Shown: positions 1 to 9,102 of the stretch, one piece after another
Layout of the letters: each line of letters opens with the position of its first letter
Numbering within the stretch: position 1 is the stretch's first letter
From: Bacteroidales bacterium
GTDB lineage: Bacteria; Bacteroidota; Bacteroidia; Bacteroidales; WCHB1-69
Assembly: GCA_024682995.1 (NCBI GenBank)
Contig: JAIKYR010000153.1
Span: 1-61,937 of the forward strand
Reading direction: 5' to 3'
DNA: 61,937 nt
The notes under the pieces: generated by a model
Databases searched by the model: none
The model's input: only the letters and a program-made list of their open reading frames with translations
Told to the model about the DNA's origin: nothing
Translations under genes and position numbers: made by a program

Positions 1-392
1 TTGTAGTTGCTTCTCGAGGTGATCAGCCCCGCGGCATTGTAGGTGTAGTCGATGTAATAGACATTTTGCCACACCCCGCCGAGCTTCTGCCAGCCCGACA
101 GCCGGACTAAATTGCCGGCGGCGTCGTAACTCATGGAGTCAATGACCTGGTACTCGCCTCGGATGGAGTCGGTCATCGCCAAAAGACGATGGTCGGCATC
201 ATATGAGAAGTTGCAGATCTGGTAGTAGTCGTCCGTGTAGAAGCTGGTCATCTTCCACTGATAATCATTCTTCGCGCCGGAAGAGGGCATCGCATGGCGC
301 GGCGACATCGGGGAGACGAAATGTCCTGCAGGCTGCGCCCATGCACACAGCGACATCAGAACGGATAATACAACAAAGGTGATTTTTTTCAT
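1..392 (-). CDS. Secreted protein, N-terminal fragment only (gene runs off the left edge); YD-repeat-like motifs
   Basis: Reverse-strand ATG at 390-392. The frame stays open to nt 1, so there is no stop in the window and the ORF is missing from the ORF track. Translation starts MKKITFVVLSVLMSLCAWAQ (signal peptide). It contains YDADHRLL and YDAAGNLV motifs reminiscent of YD/RHS repeats. Confidence 0.5.
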   Translation of the reverse strand, partial: MKKITFVVLSVLMSLCAWAQPAGHFVSPMSPRHAMPSSGAKNDYQWKMTSFYTDDYYQICNFSYDADHRLLAMTDSIRGEYQVIDSMSYDAAGNLVRLSGWQKLGGVWQNVYYIDYTYNAAGLITSRSNY

Positions 393-449
393 AGTACTAT
401 GTTTTTTCATTTTTTCCATTTGGTTCGCAAACAATCAGCTCATTTTCCA

Positions 450-1691
450 TCATTTCCGCCTTTTCATCAGCAACCGTCCGATCCGGTTCTTCCCGTTCAG
501 TTCCGCCACCAGTATGATGCCGAAGGCGATGGCGACGGTGACCTTCAGGGCGGTGATACCCGAGTGCAGGGCGGCGCCAAGTTGCTCGGAGACAACGTTA
601 TAGGTAGTCCAGAAGATGCCCGCGCCGGGCACTAACGGGAAGATGCCGCAGATCAGATAGACCGTGATCGGACATTTGCGCACGATGGCCTGTACCATCG
701 CTGTGAAGGCGACCAGCGCCGTGGCGAAGAAGACGACTATCGGCACCGACAAGCCCGTGTGGCGCACTAAGATCAGGTAGAGCAGCCATCCCACCATCCC
801 GCAGAAACCGCAGTCGAGGTAATACCTGCGCGGCACGCCGAAGAGCACGGCGAAGGCCATCGTGCCGATGAAAGCGGACACCAGTTGCACGACCATCCCC
901 GCCGTTTCGGGCGCGGCGGCAAGGCCTTCCAACACTTGCATTTGTCCATACATCGCCGCATCCAAGATGAAAGCCAACGCGACTCCCAAGGCGATGCAGA
1001 AGAAGACTAACATAGCGTCTAATAGCCGCGTGACGCCGGCGATGTAGTCCTCGTGCGCCAAATCGCGGATGCCATTGGTGAAGGGCACCCCTGGAATCAG
1101 CGGGATGATGGCGCCGATGATCATGTTGCTGAGGTGTGTGCCCAGTCCCAGCTGGTACATCACCCCGCAGAGTGCGGTGGCCAGCAGGCCGCCCGTGATG
1201 TTGCCGGCGATGCGCGAGAGGTGCCTGTAGCCGACGAACAGCATATAGACCCATAGCAGCAGTCCGGCCACAAACGCCGCCACGCTGTCGGCAAAGCCGC
1301 CGCCGAAGACGATGCAGAAGGCCGCGCTGCCGAATGCGGAGGCCAGGATCTGCTCCCACGCGGGCTTCGGGCGCATCGCGCGGATGGCCTTCAGTCGCGA
1401 CTCCAGCTGCTCGAGGTCGCACTTGCCCTCGGAGACTTCGCGGGAGAGCTGGTTCACCGCCACCACCTTGTCGAGGCTCCTGCCCTTGATGGGGATGAAC
1501 TTGGTGCGGGCGAATCCTTTCGCCGTGGCCATGATGCCGTTGCTGAGCACGAAGAAGCTCTCATCGTCCACGCCGTAGTGGCCGGCGATGCGCCGCATGG
1601 TCTCGTCCACGCGCGAGATCTCCGCCCCGTTCTCCAACAGGATCGCCCCGGCCTCGTAGGTCAGCTCCATGATTTTGCTGTTGTCGCTCAT
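450..1691 (-). CDS. Threonine/serine exporter family membrane protein (fused ThrE/YjjP-like and YjjB-like halves)
   Basis: 413 aa with an ATG start. Soluble N-terminal ~110 aa (ENGAEISRVDETMRRIAGHYG) followed by about 10 hydrophobic helices, the layout of ThrE-family exporters. Confidence 0.75.
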   Translation of the reverse strand: MSDNSKIMELTYEAGAILLENGAEISRVDETMRRIAGHYGVDDESFFVLSNGIMATAKGFARTKFIPIKGRSLDKVVAVNQLSREVSEGKCDLEQLESRLKAIRAMRPKPAWEQILASAFGSAAFCIVFGGGFADSVAAFVAGLLLWVYMLFVGYRHLSRIAGNITGGLLATALCGVMYQLGLGTHLSNMIIGAIIPLIPGVPFTNGIRDLAHEDYIAGVTRLLDAMLVFFCIALGVALAFILDAAMYGQMQVLEGLAAAPETAGMVVQLVSAFIGTMAFAVLFGVPRRYYLDCGFCGMVGWLLYLILVRHTGLSVPIVVFFATALVAFTAMVQAIVRKCPITVYLICGIFPLVPGAGIFWTTYNVVSEQLGAALHSGITALKVTVAIAFGIILVAELNGKNRIGRLLMKRRK

Positions 1692-1697
1692 AGTTCC

Positions 1698-2867
1698 CTA
1701 CCGTCTCTTCGCACTCAAAATCTTCCCAATATACAAATGATGGATGCCGGCGGGGAAGTTCTCGTAGCGCTTGCGCGGGATTTCCTCAAAGCCTGCCGGG
1801 TCAAACGGATCACGGTAAATAATCTCACATTCATACACTTCGCGAGCTTCCAGGTAATATGGCGCGCCATGCTCCGTGTAAGCCACATGCAGGCCCAAAG
1901 CCTTCTCCTTATCGCCGTCACGTCCGCTATGAGAACCCATATAGGCCAAAATATCCTTTTGATCCTCATCGAAGGTCATCACAGTGAAATACTTGTATTT
2001 CTCCATGAACTGGTATGTGTAGCGGGCGGGGGCCACATACACCGTGATGGTATTCACGTTGTAACCCCACACGTTACCCAATGCTCCCCATCCAATGGTC
2101 ATGGCGTTGTGATTCTCCTTGTCACCCACCGCCAACAGCAGACCGCTACCCTTGAACCAGGTAAACGGGTTTCCATCGAAGTCGTCGGTATAGTCAAACT
2201 CGGTGAAGACAGCCTTCTCCACTTGTCCTTTGGCATCCACGGTCTTGCCATCCATACTTCCGTAACGGTTATACGACACATTGGCGGGTTTCCACTTGTC
2301 TTTCGGCTTGTTGGGACCGTCAGGATAGCCGATGACGATGGTATTGAGCGGAATGATCTTTTCGGGCAGACCGAGCACTTTGGAGACATCCTTGCAACGT
2401 TCTTCGGAGGGATAGGTGCCGGTCCAGACAGCGCCGAGCCCCATAGCTTGTGCGGCCAAGAGGATGTTCTCGGTCGCGGCGGAGCAATCCTGCACCCAGA
2501 ACTCGCGGCCACCGCCGCCCAAAGCCTTGTTCATGTCGCCGCACACCACGATGGCCAAAGGGGCCTTGGCTGCCATGCCTGCAAAAGGATTGGCCTTGGC
2601 CAGCGCTTTCAGCTGATCTTTGTCAGTGACGACCACAAAATGCCACGGCTGTTTGTTCATGGCGGTAGGGGCGGCCATGCCCGCGCGGAGCAGTTTCTCC
2701 ACTTTCTCCGCCTCCACAGGTTTGTTCAAATAGCTTCGCACAGAGGTGCGCGCGGCGATATTGTCAAGCACCGCCTGTTCGGTGTTACGGGGATTCTGCG
2801 CCTTGGAAGGGCACACCATTTGCAAAAGCAAGAATATTGCCATAAGAGAGAGAATCTGTTTTTTCAT
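1698..2867 (-). CDS. Nitroreductase-family domain fused to a flavin-reductase-like (FMN split-barrel) domain, with N-terminal signal peptide
   Basis: The ORF-track start at 2873 is GTG; the ATG at 2865-2867 gives MKKQILSLMAIFLLLQMVCPSKAQ. The N-terminal half has nitroreductase motifs (RTSVRSY, NKQPWHFVVV, AAQAMGLGAVW). The C-terminal half has a flavin reductase pattern (NAMTIGWGALG). Confidence 0.7.
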   Translation of the reverse strand: MKKQILSLMAIFLLLQMVCPSKAQNPRNTEQAVLDNIAARTSVRSYLNKPVEAEKVEKLLRAGMAAPTAMNKQPWHFVVVTDKDQLKALAKANPFAGMAAKAPLAIVVCGDMNKALGGGGREFWVQDCSAATENILLAAQAMGLGAVWTGTYPSEERCKDVSKVLGLPEKIIPLNTIVIGYPDGPNKPKDKWKPANVSYNRYGSMDGKTVDAKGQVEKAVFTEFDYTDDFDGNPFTWFKGSGLLLAVGDKENHNAMTIGWGALGNVWGYNVNTITVYVAPARYTYQFMEKYKYFTVMTFDEDQKDILAYMGSHSGRDGDKEKALGLHVAYTEHGAPYYLEAREVYECEIIYRDPFDPAGFEEIPRKRYENFPAGIHHLYIGKILSAKRR

Positions 2868-2918
2868 CTTCACATGGATTGATTGTTGTTTAAATGTATT
2901 TTAAAGACCTATAACACA

Positions 2919-3407
2919 CTATTTCATCGCTTTGGTCAAATAGGCCTTCAGTGTCCCCTTGTCGCGCATCTTAAGGAACTGCTCCGCACCTTTGTCCTTG
3001 GGAATCGATTTCTTATACTTCACATAGTAGTCCAGAACGGTGTTCACGCCCGCGAGACATCCTTGCGCCTGGTCGTCATCCTTGTTCTCGATGGTGTATT
3101 GCGCCCAGCCGCCAAGAAACAGCAGGAGGAGATTCGCATCCTCAAACTTCATCACGTTGGAGTTGATCACCATGTGCACATCAGGGGTACCCGTAAGCCA
3201 CCAGAGGGCAAACGCCGACACATCCCGGCGTTGCGCGTCGTTCGGGGAATGGGTTTTCAGCCAATCGATGCAGTTCATGGCGTCCTGCGTATAGTTGGCA
3301 TACTCGGATTTTTCAATGTCGCCGGGAATTTCCGGGACAATAAACTTCTGCGCATTCACTCCTTGCCAGAGGAGCAAGCTGAAAATAATAACGGAGATTT
3401 TTTTCAT
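2919..3407 (-). CDS. Hypothetical secreted protein
   Basis: 162 aa with an ATG start and signal peptide MKKISVIIFSLLLWQGVNAQ. No family recognised. Confidence 0.5.
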   Translation of the reverse strand: MKKISVIIFSLLLWQGVNAQKFIVPEIPGDIEKSEYANYTQDAMNCIDWLKTHSPNDAQRRDVSAFALWWLTGTPDVHMVINSNVMKFEDANLLLLFLGGWAQYTIENKDDDQAQGCLAGVNTVLDYYVKYKKSIPKDKGAEQFLKMRDKGTLKAYLTKAMK

Positions 3408-3550
3408 GTCAATTTGTTTTAAATTTATGATTCAAAAATCGAACGGAGGCAATCTTGCATGTTTTCGATTTTCATTTTTTTCTTTCTGATTTAACACGGC
3501 AAAATTAGACAAAAAAACGAACATTCCGAATGGTTTTGCAAATTTTCACC

Positions 3551-3558
3551 TATCTTTG
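3551..3558 (+). promoter_or_regulatory. Candidate Bacteroidota -7 promoter box (TAnnTTTG)
   Basis: TATCTTTG(CGG), ~65 nt upstream of ATG 3623. Confidence 0.45.
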
Positions 3559-3622
3559 CGGCATCGTTTTTTTTTAATATGATTTAAAACATCAGAAAAA
3601 CAATTCAACACGCTATAACACA

Positions 3623-5098
3623 ATGAAGAAAACCATATTCCTCACCGGTGCCACCGGCCTCATGGGCTGGGCCGGACTTCAAGAGCTGCTCAAACACACC
3701 GACCGTTACAACCTCGTCGTGCTGGCCCGTCATAGCAAGAAGAACATCGAGAAGCTGGCACCGTTAGCCGACAAGATCAAGATTGTATGGGGCGACCTCA
3801 CCAAGTACGAGGACGTGCTCGCGGGCGTAACGGGCGCAGACTACGTGCTGCACGTGGGCGGCATGGTGTCGCCCGCGGCGGACTACTACCCCAAGAAAAC
3901 CCTGCACGTGAACATCAGCTCGGCACAAAACGTGGTGAAGGCCATCCTCGCGCAGCCCAACGCCGATGACATCAGGGCGGTGTATATCGGCTCCGTGGCT
4001 CAGGTGTCGGACCGTGCCGTACCCTACCATTGGGGACGCGCCGGCGACCCCATCTGCGCCAGCGTCTATGACCACTACGGCATCAGCAAGATCAAGGCCG
4101 AACGCATCTTTGCCGAGTCAGGGCTCAAGCACTGGGTAAGCCTGCGGCAATCCGGCATACTCTACCCCGGTATCGTCAAGAAGTTCGACCCCATCATGTT
4201 CCACGTCCCCATTGCCGGCGTGCTGGAATGGGCCACGATTGAGGACTCCGGCCGGCTGCTGGCCAACATCTGCGGTGACGACGTGCCCGAAGCCTTCTGG
4301 AACAACTTCTACAACATCAGCAGCGGCCCCGACTACCGCATGACCAACTACGAGTTCGAGTGCCGCCTGCTGAAAGCCTGTTCCTGCCCGAAACCCGAGA
4401 AGATCTTCAACGCCAACTGGTTCGTGCTACGCAACTTCCATGGCCAGTACTACCTCGATGCCGACAAGCTGGAGCAATATCTGCACTTCCGCGCCAACAT
4501 CCCCATCGACGAATATTTCCGCCAGCTGGAGGCCTCCCTGCCCAAGATTTTCAAGATGGCCCGCATCGTGCCGCCCTTCATCATCAAGGCGGCCCTCCGT
4601 CCCATGGCCTACAAGAAGAAATGGGGCACCCAGTGGTGGATCAAACACAACGACGAGAACCGCATCCGGGCCTACTACGGTTCCATCGAGAAATGGAAGG
4701 CCATTCCCGACTGGAAAGAATGGGATCTCAGCAACCCCAATCACGAAGAGGATGCCATCCGGCTCAACCACGGCTACGACGAGAGTAAAGCATTAGAGGA
4801 ACTTACGGTGGAGGATTTGCAGAAAGCCGCCAAATTCCGGGGCGGAAAGCTCATTTCCACCCAATATTCGGGAAATCCTGAAAAACAGTTGGAATGGCAG
4901 TGCCACAAGGGTCACACCTTCTTCGCATCGCCCCAGCTCATCCTGCACGGCGGACACTGGTGCCCCGAATGCCTGCCGCCCGCATGGGATTATGACGACT
5001 TGTCAACACACAGCCCGTTTTTCGCCCAGATATGGAAACACGACCACGAAGGCGAACACAACTACTACGGACCGGAGATTTACGACGGTTGGGAATAG
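3623..5098 (+). CDS. NAD(P)-dependent epimerase/dehydratase (extended SDR) family protein with ~150-aa C-terminal extension
   Basis: 491 aa. Rossmann motif at the N-terminus (IFLTGATGLMGWAG) and YxxxK (YGISKIKAE). The C-terminal part carries CHKGH...HWCPEC, a zinc-ribbon-like Cys/His pattern. Confidence 0.65.
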   Translation: MKKTIFLTGATGLMGWAGLQELLKHTDRYNLVVLARHSKKNIEKLAPLADKIKIVWGDLTKYEDVLAGVTGADYVLHVGGMVSPAADYYPKKTLHVNISSAQNVVKAILAQPNADDIRAVYIGSVAQVSDRAVPYHWGRAGDPICASVYDHYGISKIKAERIFAESGLKHWVSLRQSGILYPGIVKKFDPIMFHVPIAGVLEWATIEDSGRLLANICGDDVPEAFWNNFYNISSGPDYRMTNYEFECRLLKACSCPKPEKIFNANWFVLRNFHGQYYLDADKLEQYLHFRANIPIDEYFRQLEASLPKIFKMARIVPPFIIKAALRPMAYKKKWGTQWWIKHNDENRIRAYYGSIEKWKAIPDWKEWDLSNPNHEEDAIRLNHGYDESKALEELTVEDLQKAAKFRGGKLISTQYSGNPEKQLEWQCHKGHTFFASPQLILHGGHWCPECLPPAWDYDDLSTHSPFFAQIWKHDHEGEHNYYGPEIYDGWE

Positions 5099-5103
5099 TC
5101 AGC

Positions 5104-5748
5104 CTACCAACGGCATCCGATACCGACTCTAAACCAAGAGTCGTAACCGAAATTCAATTCTGCCATCCCGAAGAACTTTTTGCCCACATTCACCCCTATA
5201 GGCGTGACATTGAAGGCAAAAAGCACGTTGTTTTCTTTGCTATCCGAAGTCTCCGATTCGGCTTTCGATGAAGAGGACGTGGTAGTGAATAAAAAGCCGC
5301 AACCCAGATCCACACCGGAATAGAGACGCACCCACGGACGGTTCAGATAGGTGAACCGCACGCTCGGCATCACGGACAAGATGGCATACTTGTCATTCGA
5401 CTTGATCTGCGTATAGGTGGTGTCGGTGTAATGCGTTATCCCAGCCAAGTCCACCGTGGTTTTCACGCCCACCTGGCACCAAGGCTTGACCTGATAATAG
5501 TAATGCAGGCCATACTCCCCGTAAAAATGGAGTAATGTGCGTTCCTTGCCCAAGCTGGTGAATAGGGCGCTAAAAAGACCCACCGTACCATAAACGGTGC
5601 CACCGATTATGGAATTAGGACCGGCTGTGATACCGATTTCATGGTGCAAATCGCTGTGGATACGAACGGGATGATTCTGGGCGTTCAGGAAAGTAGGCAT
5701 CCACAAAACCATCAACAAAATGGCAATTTTACTAATTTTCGCATTCAT
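5104..5748 (-). CDS. Hypothetical outer-membrane beta-barrel-like protein
   Basis: 214 aa. Signal peptide MNAKISKIAILLMVLWMPTFLNAQ, alternating hydrophobic/aromatic beta-strand-like segments, aromatic C-terminal residue. Confidence 0.45.
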   Translation of the reverse strand: MNAKISKIAILLMVLWMPTFLNAQNHPVRIHSDLHHEIGITAGPNSIIGGTVYGTVGLFSALFTSLGKERTLLHFYGEYGLHYYYQVKPWCQVGVKTTVDLAGITHYTDTTYTQIKSNDKYAILSVMPSVRFTYLNRPWVRLYSGVDLGCGFLFTTTSSSSKAESETSDSKENNVLFAFNVTPIGVNVGKKFFGMAELNFGYDSWFRVGIGCRW

Positions 5749-5777
5749 TTTTTAAATATCTAATTCTGTAAAAACGG

Positions 5778-6857
5778 TTATACTTTTTCTGTAGAAGAGT
5801 GCCCTTGGGGCAACTGGATAGTCTTGAAGCGCTTCTGACGCTGCTGCCAGCGTTCGCGTGCATACTGCTGCATATCCGACACCTCATCGCTCTCATCAAT
5901 AATCTCAAACCCGAATACCGTTTCGATGATATCCTCCATGGTGAGGATTCCCTGAAAACAGCCATACTCGTCAATGATCAGGGCGATTTGGGATTTCTGT
6001 TTCAACATAGAGTCCCAGATGTCGCTAATGGATTTTTCCTCATTAAAATAAGGAAGGTCACGCTTAATTTCTCCCAACGTGATATCGAACTTATCCTCGG
6101 CAAGATTCTCCAACGCGTCATCGCGGAGCACATAGCCGGTGATGTATTCCGGAGATTCGGCATAGACGGGGATACGGGAGAAATGGTCATACTGGTCATC
6201 ATCGTAATAGTCGCGCAGGCTCATGGACTCTGGAGCGATGGCAGCCACCACCCGAGGGGTCATCACATCGGAGGCGTGCACGTTATCGAGCTTGATGATG
6301 TTTTGGATCACCTTGTTCTCATCCTCTTCGATCACGCCCTCCTCTTCGCCCACATTGGCCATGGCCAGCACCTCCTCACGGCTCACCACGGCATCCTGCG
6401 GCACCCTCTTGGCAATCATCCCGCCCACGCTTTCCACCAGTTTCACCAGCGGGTACATCAGCACGATGAGTATGCGTATCGTATTGGCCGTGAATCCCAT
6501 CAGGCTTTTCCAACGTGTGGTGCCTATGGTCTTGGGTATGATTTCCGAGAAGATCAGAATCAGCAAGGTGGTAATGGCGGACACCAAACCGAACCAGCGG
6601 CTGCCGAACAGAAGCGTGGCCTGCTGGCCCACGCCGGCGGCACCGATGGTGTTGGCAATCGTGTTCAGCGACAGGATAGCAGCCAACGGGCGTTCCGGCT
6701 CCGTCTTGTACTTCTTGAACAGCGTTGCCGGCCCATAACCTTCATCCTCTCGCATCATTATATAGGATAGCGGGGTGGACATGAGGGAAGACTCCAAAGT
6801 AGAGCACAAGAAAGATATGCCCATAGCCCCAAGCAGGAAAATCAACAGCAATACCAT
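5778..6857 (-). CDS. CNNM/hemolysin-family membrane protein (DUF21 transmembrane domain + CBS pair)
   Basis: 359 aa. The N-terminal four-helix region (EIIPKTIG motif) is followed by a CBS-pair region (VMTPR..., FSRIPVY, IALIIDEYGCFQGILTMEDIIE). No CorC_HlyC C-terminal domain is evident. Confidence 0.75.
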   Translation of the reverse strand: MVLLLIFLLGAMGISFLCSTLESSLMSTPLSYIMMREDEGYGPATLFKKYKTEPERPLAAILSLNTIANTIGAAGVGQQATLLFGSRWFGLVSAITTLLILIFSEIIPKTIGTTRWKSLMGFTANTIRILIVLMYPLVKLVESVGGMIAKRVPQDAVVSREEVLAMANVGEEEGVIEEDENKVIQNIIKLDNVHASDVMTPRVVAAIAPESMSLRDYYDDDQYDHFSRIPVYAESPEYITGYVLRDDALENLAEDKFDITLGEIKRDLPYFNEEKSISDIWDSMLKQKSQIALIIDEYGCFQGILTMEDIIETVFGFEIIDESDEVSDMQQYARERWQQRQKRFKTIQLPQGHSSTEKV

Positions 6858-6863
6858 GACGGG

Positions 6864-7973
6864 TTATTTAACAATAGATTCTATTTCTTTATAAATGAGG
6901 TCAATGGCCTCGGGCTGTGCCAATTCGCGCATATAACGGCCCATCTGCTCGCAGCGCGGTGTGTTGGCGGCAAGCTCCATCAGCTCGGGCATCAGCCGCT
7001 GTTTAGCCTCACCATCCGGTATCAGGATGGCAGCATCCCGCGTGGAGAGTGCCTTCGCATTGTAGGTCTGATGATCTTCCGCCGCATACGGGAACGGCAC
7101 CAGGATCGTGGGTTTGCCCACGATGGTCAGCTCGGCGATAGCCAACGCACCAGCCCGCGACACAATGATGTCGGCCATGCTGTACGCGTCATTCATATTC
7201 TTGATAAAGGGCACGATACGGATAAACTCATCCTGTTCCGCTAACAGTTTGGAGTCAATGTCGCGGAAGAACTGCTCGCCAGTCTGCCACAGGAGCTGGA
7301 TGCCCGCCTGCCGGAACTCATCCAAGTGGGCGGCCATTGTCTCGTTCAGCGTGCGGGCACCAAGGCTGCCACCCACGACCAGAACGGTTTTCCGTTCCGG
7401 CACGAAATTGAAATACTGGTACGCCTTCGGGTCTTTCGGGGTAATATGAAGAATTTCGGCACGGATGGGATTGCCTGTCTTCACAATCTTGTCCGCCGGG
7501 AAATACTTCTCCAGCCCATCGTACGCCACACAGATGCGCTTCGCCTTAGGTGCCAGCATCTTATTGGTGACACCCGGATAGGAGTTCTGCTCCTGAAGTA
7601 AGGTTGGCACACCTAACTTGTCGGCCATCTTCAAGGCCGGTCCGCTGGCAAAGCCCCCCACCCCGATGGCGATGTCAGGATTGAAATCCCGGATAATGCG
7701 TTTCGCTTTCCGCATCGCTCCCATCAGCACAAAGGGCAGCTTAAGGTTCTTGCCAATGCCTTTCAGGGAGAAATCGCGACTGATGCCGTAAATGCGAAGG
7801 CCCTCAATCGGATACCCAGCCTCGGGCACACGCTGCATCTCCATCTTGTCACTGGCCCCGATAAACAGGAACTCAGCATCCGGTTGTTCACTCTTGATTT
7901 TGTTGGCAATGGCTAACGCCGGGAAAATATGTCCTCCCGTGCCACCACCACTGATTAAATATCGTTTAGTCAT
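6864..7973 (-). CDS. murG: UDP-N-acetylglucosamine--N-acetylmuramyl-(pentapeptide) pyrophosphoryl-undecaprenol GlcNAc transferase
   Basis: 369 aa. Motifs GGGTGGHIFPALAIA, MEMQRVPEAGY, VGGFASGP, LQEQNSYPGVTNK, GGSLGA, SRAGALAIAEL and EDHQTYNA are classic MurG (GT28) signatures. Confidence 0.85.
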   Translation of the reverse strand: MTKRYLISGGGTGGHIFPALAIANKIKSEQPDAEFLFIGASDKMEMQRVPEAGYPIEGLRIYGISRDFSLKGIGKNLKLPFVLMGAMRKAKRIIRDFNPDIAIGVGGFASGPALKMADKLGVPTLLQEQNSYPGVTNKMLAPKAKRICVAYDGLEKYFPADKIVKTGNPIRAEILHITPKDPKAYQYFNFVPERKTVLVVGGSLGARTLNETMAAHLDEFRQAGIQLLWQTGEQFFRDIDSKLLAEQDEFIRIVPFIKNMNDAYSMADIIVSRAGALAIAELTIVGKPTILVPFPYAAEDHQTYNAKALSTRDAAILIPDGEAKQRLMPELMELAANTPRCEQMGRYMRELAQPEAIDLIYKEIESIVK

Positions 7974-8025
7974 TCTATTTTAGGATTATTATAGTTAAAG
8001 TGTAAAAGCGATGAAAGGTAAAGAA

Positions 8026-8049
8026 TTGTTAATTATTAAATGTTAACTA
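8026..8049 (-). repeat. Short heptad array starting within the folD stop codon
   Basis: In sense orientation: TAGTTAA CATTTAA TAATTAA CAATTCT. The first unit includes the TAG stop. Confidence 0.6.
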
Positions 8050-8919
8050 TTTCCGTGTCTTGTACGCTTTCATCGTATTCTGCAGCAGGCAGGCCATCGT
8101 CACGGCGCCTACGCCTCCAGGCACAGGTGTGATAGCCTCGCACAAGGGAGCCACCTCGTCATATTTGACGTCGCCGCACACGCGATAGCCGTTGGGTTGC
8201 GTCACGTCCGGCAGACGGTGAATACCCACATCGATAACCGTGGCGTTCTTCTTCACGTAGTCGGCAGTAATCATCTCCGGCTGACCAATGGCCACAATGA
8301 GGATGTCGGCACGGCTGCACACGCGCTTGAGGTTTTTGGTGCGGCTGTGGCAGACGGTCACGGTGGCGTTGGCGTCCTTTTGGAGGAGCATCATAGCGAG
8401 GGGTTTGCCCACAATGTTACTGCGGCCCACGACAACCGTATCCTTGCCAGTCGTGTCGATGTTGCTGCGGCGCAGGATTTCCATCACAGCATGCGGGGTG
8501 GCGGGTGCGTAAGCATCACGGCCCAGCACAAGATTACCCATATTCTCCGGGTGGAAACAGTCCATGTCCTTGCGCGGGTCCACATGGGCAGTGACCTTGT
8601 CCATAGAGACCTGTTTGGGCATCGGCATCTGGATGATATAGCCATCCACATCCTCGTCACGGTTCAGGAAGTCGATAGTGTCAAGCACATCCTGCTCACG
8701 CACATCGGCGGGAAACTTGTACGCAGAGACCGTGAATCCCACGGCCTTACTCTGCTTCTCGATGCTGTTCACGTAACTCAGTGCGCCGCCGTCCTCGCCA
8801 GCGATGATAACCGCCAGATGAGGCGCAGGCTTGCCCTGGTCCAACAACGCTTTAACCTCGGTTGCTATTTCTGTTTTTATCGTGGAAGCAATAATCTTTC
8901 CATCTAAAATATTTGGCAT
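8047..8919 (-). CDS. folD: Bifunctional methylenetetrahydrofolate dehydrogenase / methenyltetrahydrofolate cyclohydrolase
   Basis: 290 aa. Motifs LDGK..., YV.SIEK, DGYIIQMPMP, PATPHAVMEIL, VVVGRSNIVGKP and TPVPGGVGAVT. Confidence 0.9.
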   Translation of the reverse strand: MPNILDGKIIASTIKTEIATEVKALLDQGKPAPHLAVIIAGEDGGALSYVNSIEKQSKAVGFTVSAYKFPADVREQDVLDTIDFLNRDEDVDGYIIQMPMPKQVSMDKVTAHVDPRKDMDCFHPENMGNLVLGRDAYAPATPHAVMEILRRSNIDTTGKDTVVVGRSNIVGKPLAMMLLQKDANATVTVCHSRTKNLKRVCSRADILIVAIGQPEMITADYVKKNATVIDVGIHRLPDVTQPNGYRVCGDVKYDEVAPLCEAITPVPGGVGAVTMACLLQNTMKAYKTRK

Positions 8920-9053
8920 AAATGTTTGTTAGGTTTGTATGGTTTGTAAGGTTATTTTAAGCTTATAATGTTAAAAGTGGGAAGGGATGAAAAACCAGAG
9001 GCCAAAGTTCATTGTCATCGTTCAAAGCTCATCGTTCACAATTCACCCACTAT

Positions 9054-9102
9054 ATAACTATTAACTGTTAATTATTAATTATTAATTGTCAATTGTCAAT
9101 TG
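9054..9102 (-). repeat. Heptad array directly after the ffh stop codon
   Basis: In the ffh sense orientation: TGA | CAATTGA CAATTGA CAATTAA TAATTAA TAATTAA CAGTTAA TAGTTAT. Confidence 0.85.

Noticed and set aside
1578-2882. 434-aa plus-strand ORF.
   Set aside because: It is antisense to the nitroreductase fusion gene, has no recognisable motifs, and overlaps the 3' end of the ThrE-family gene. It is a typical shadow ORF of GC3-rich coding DNA.
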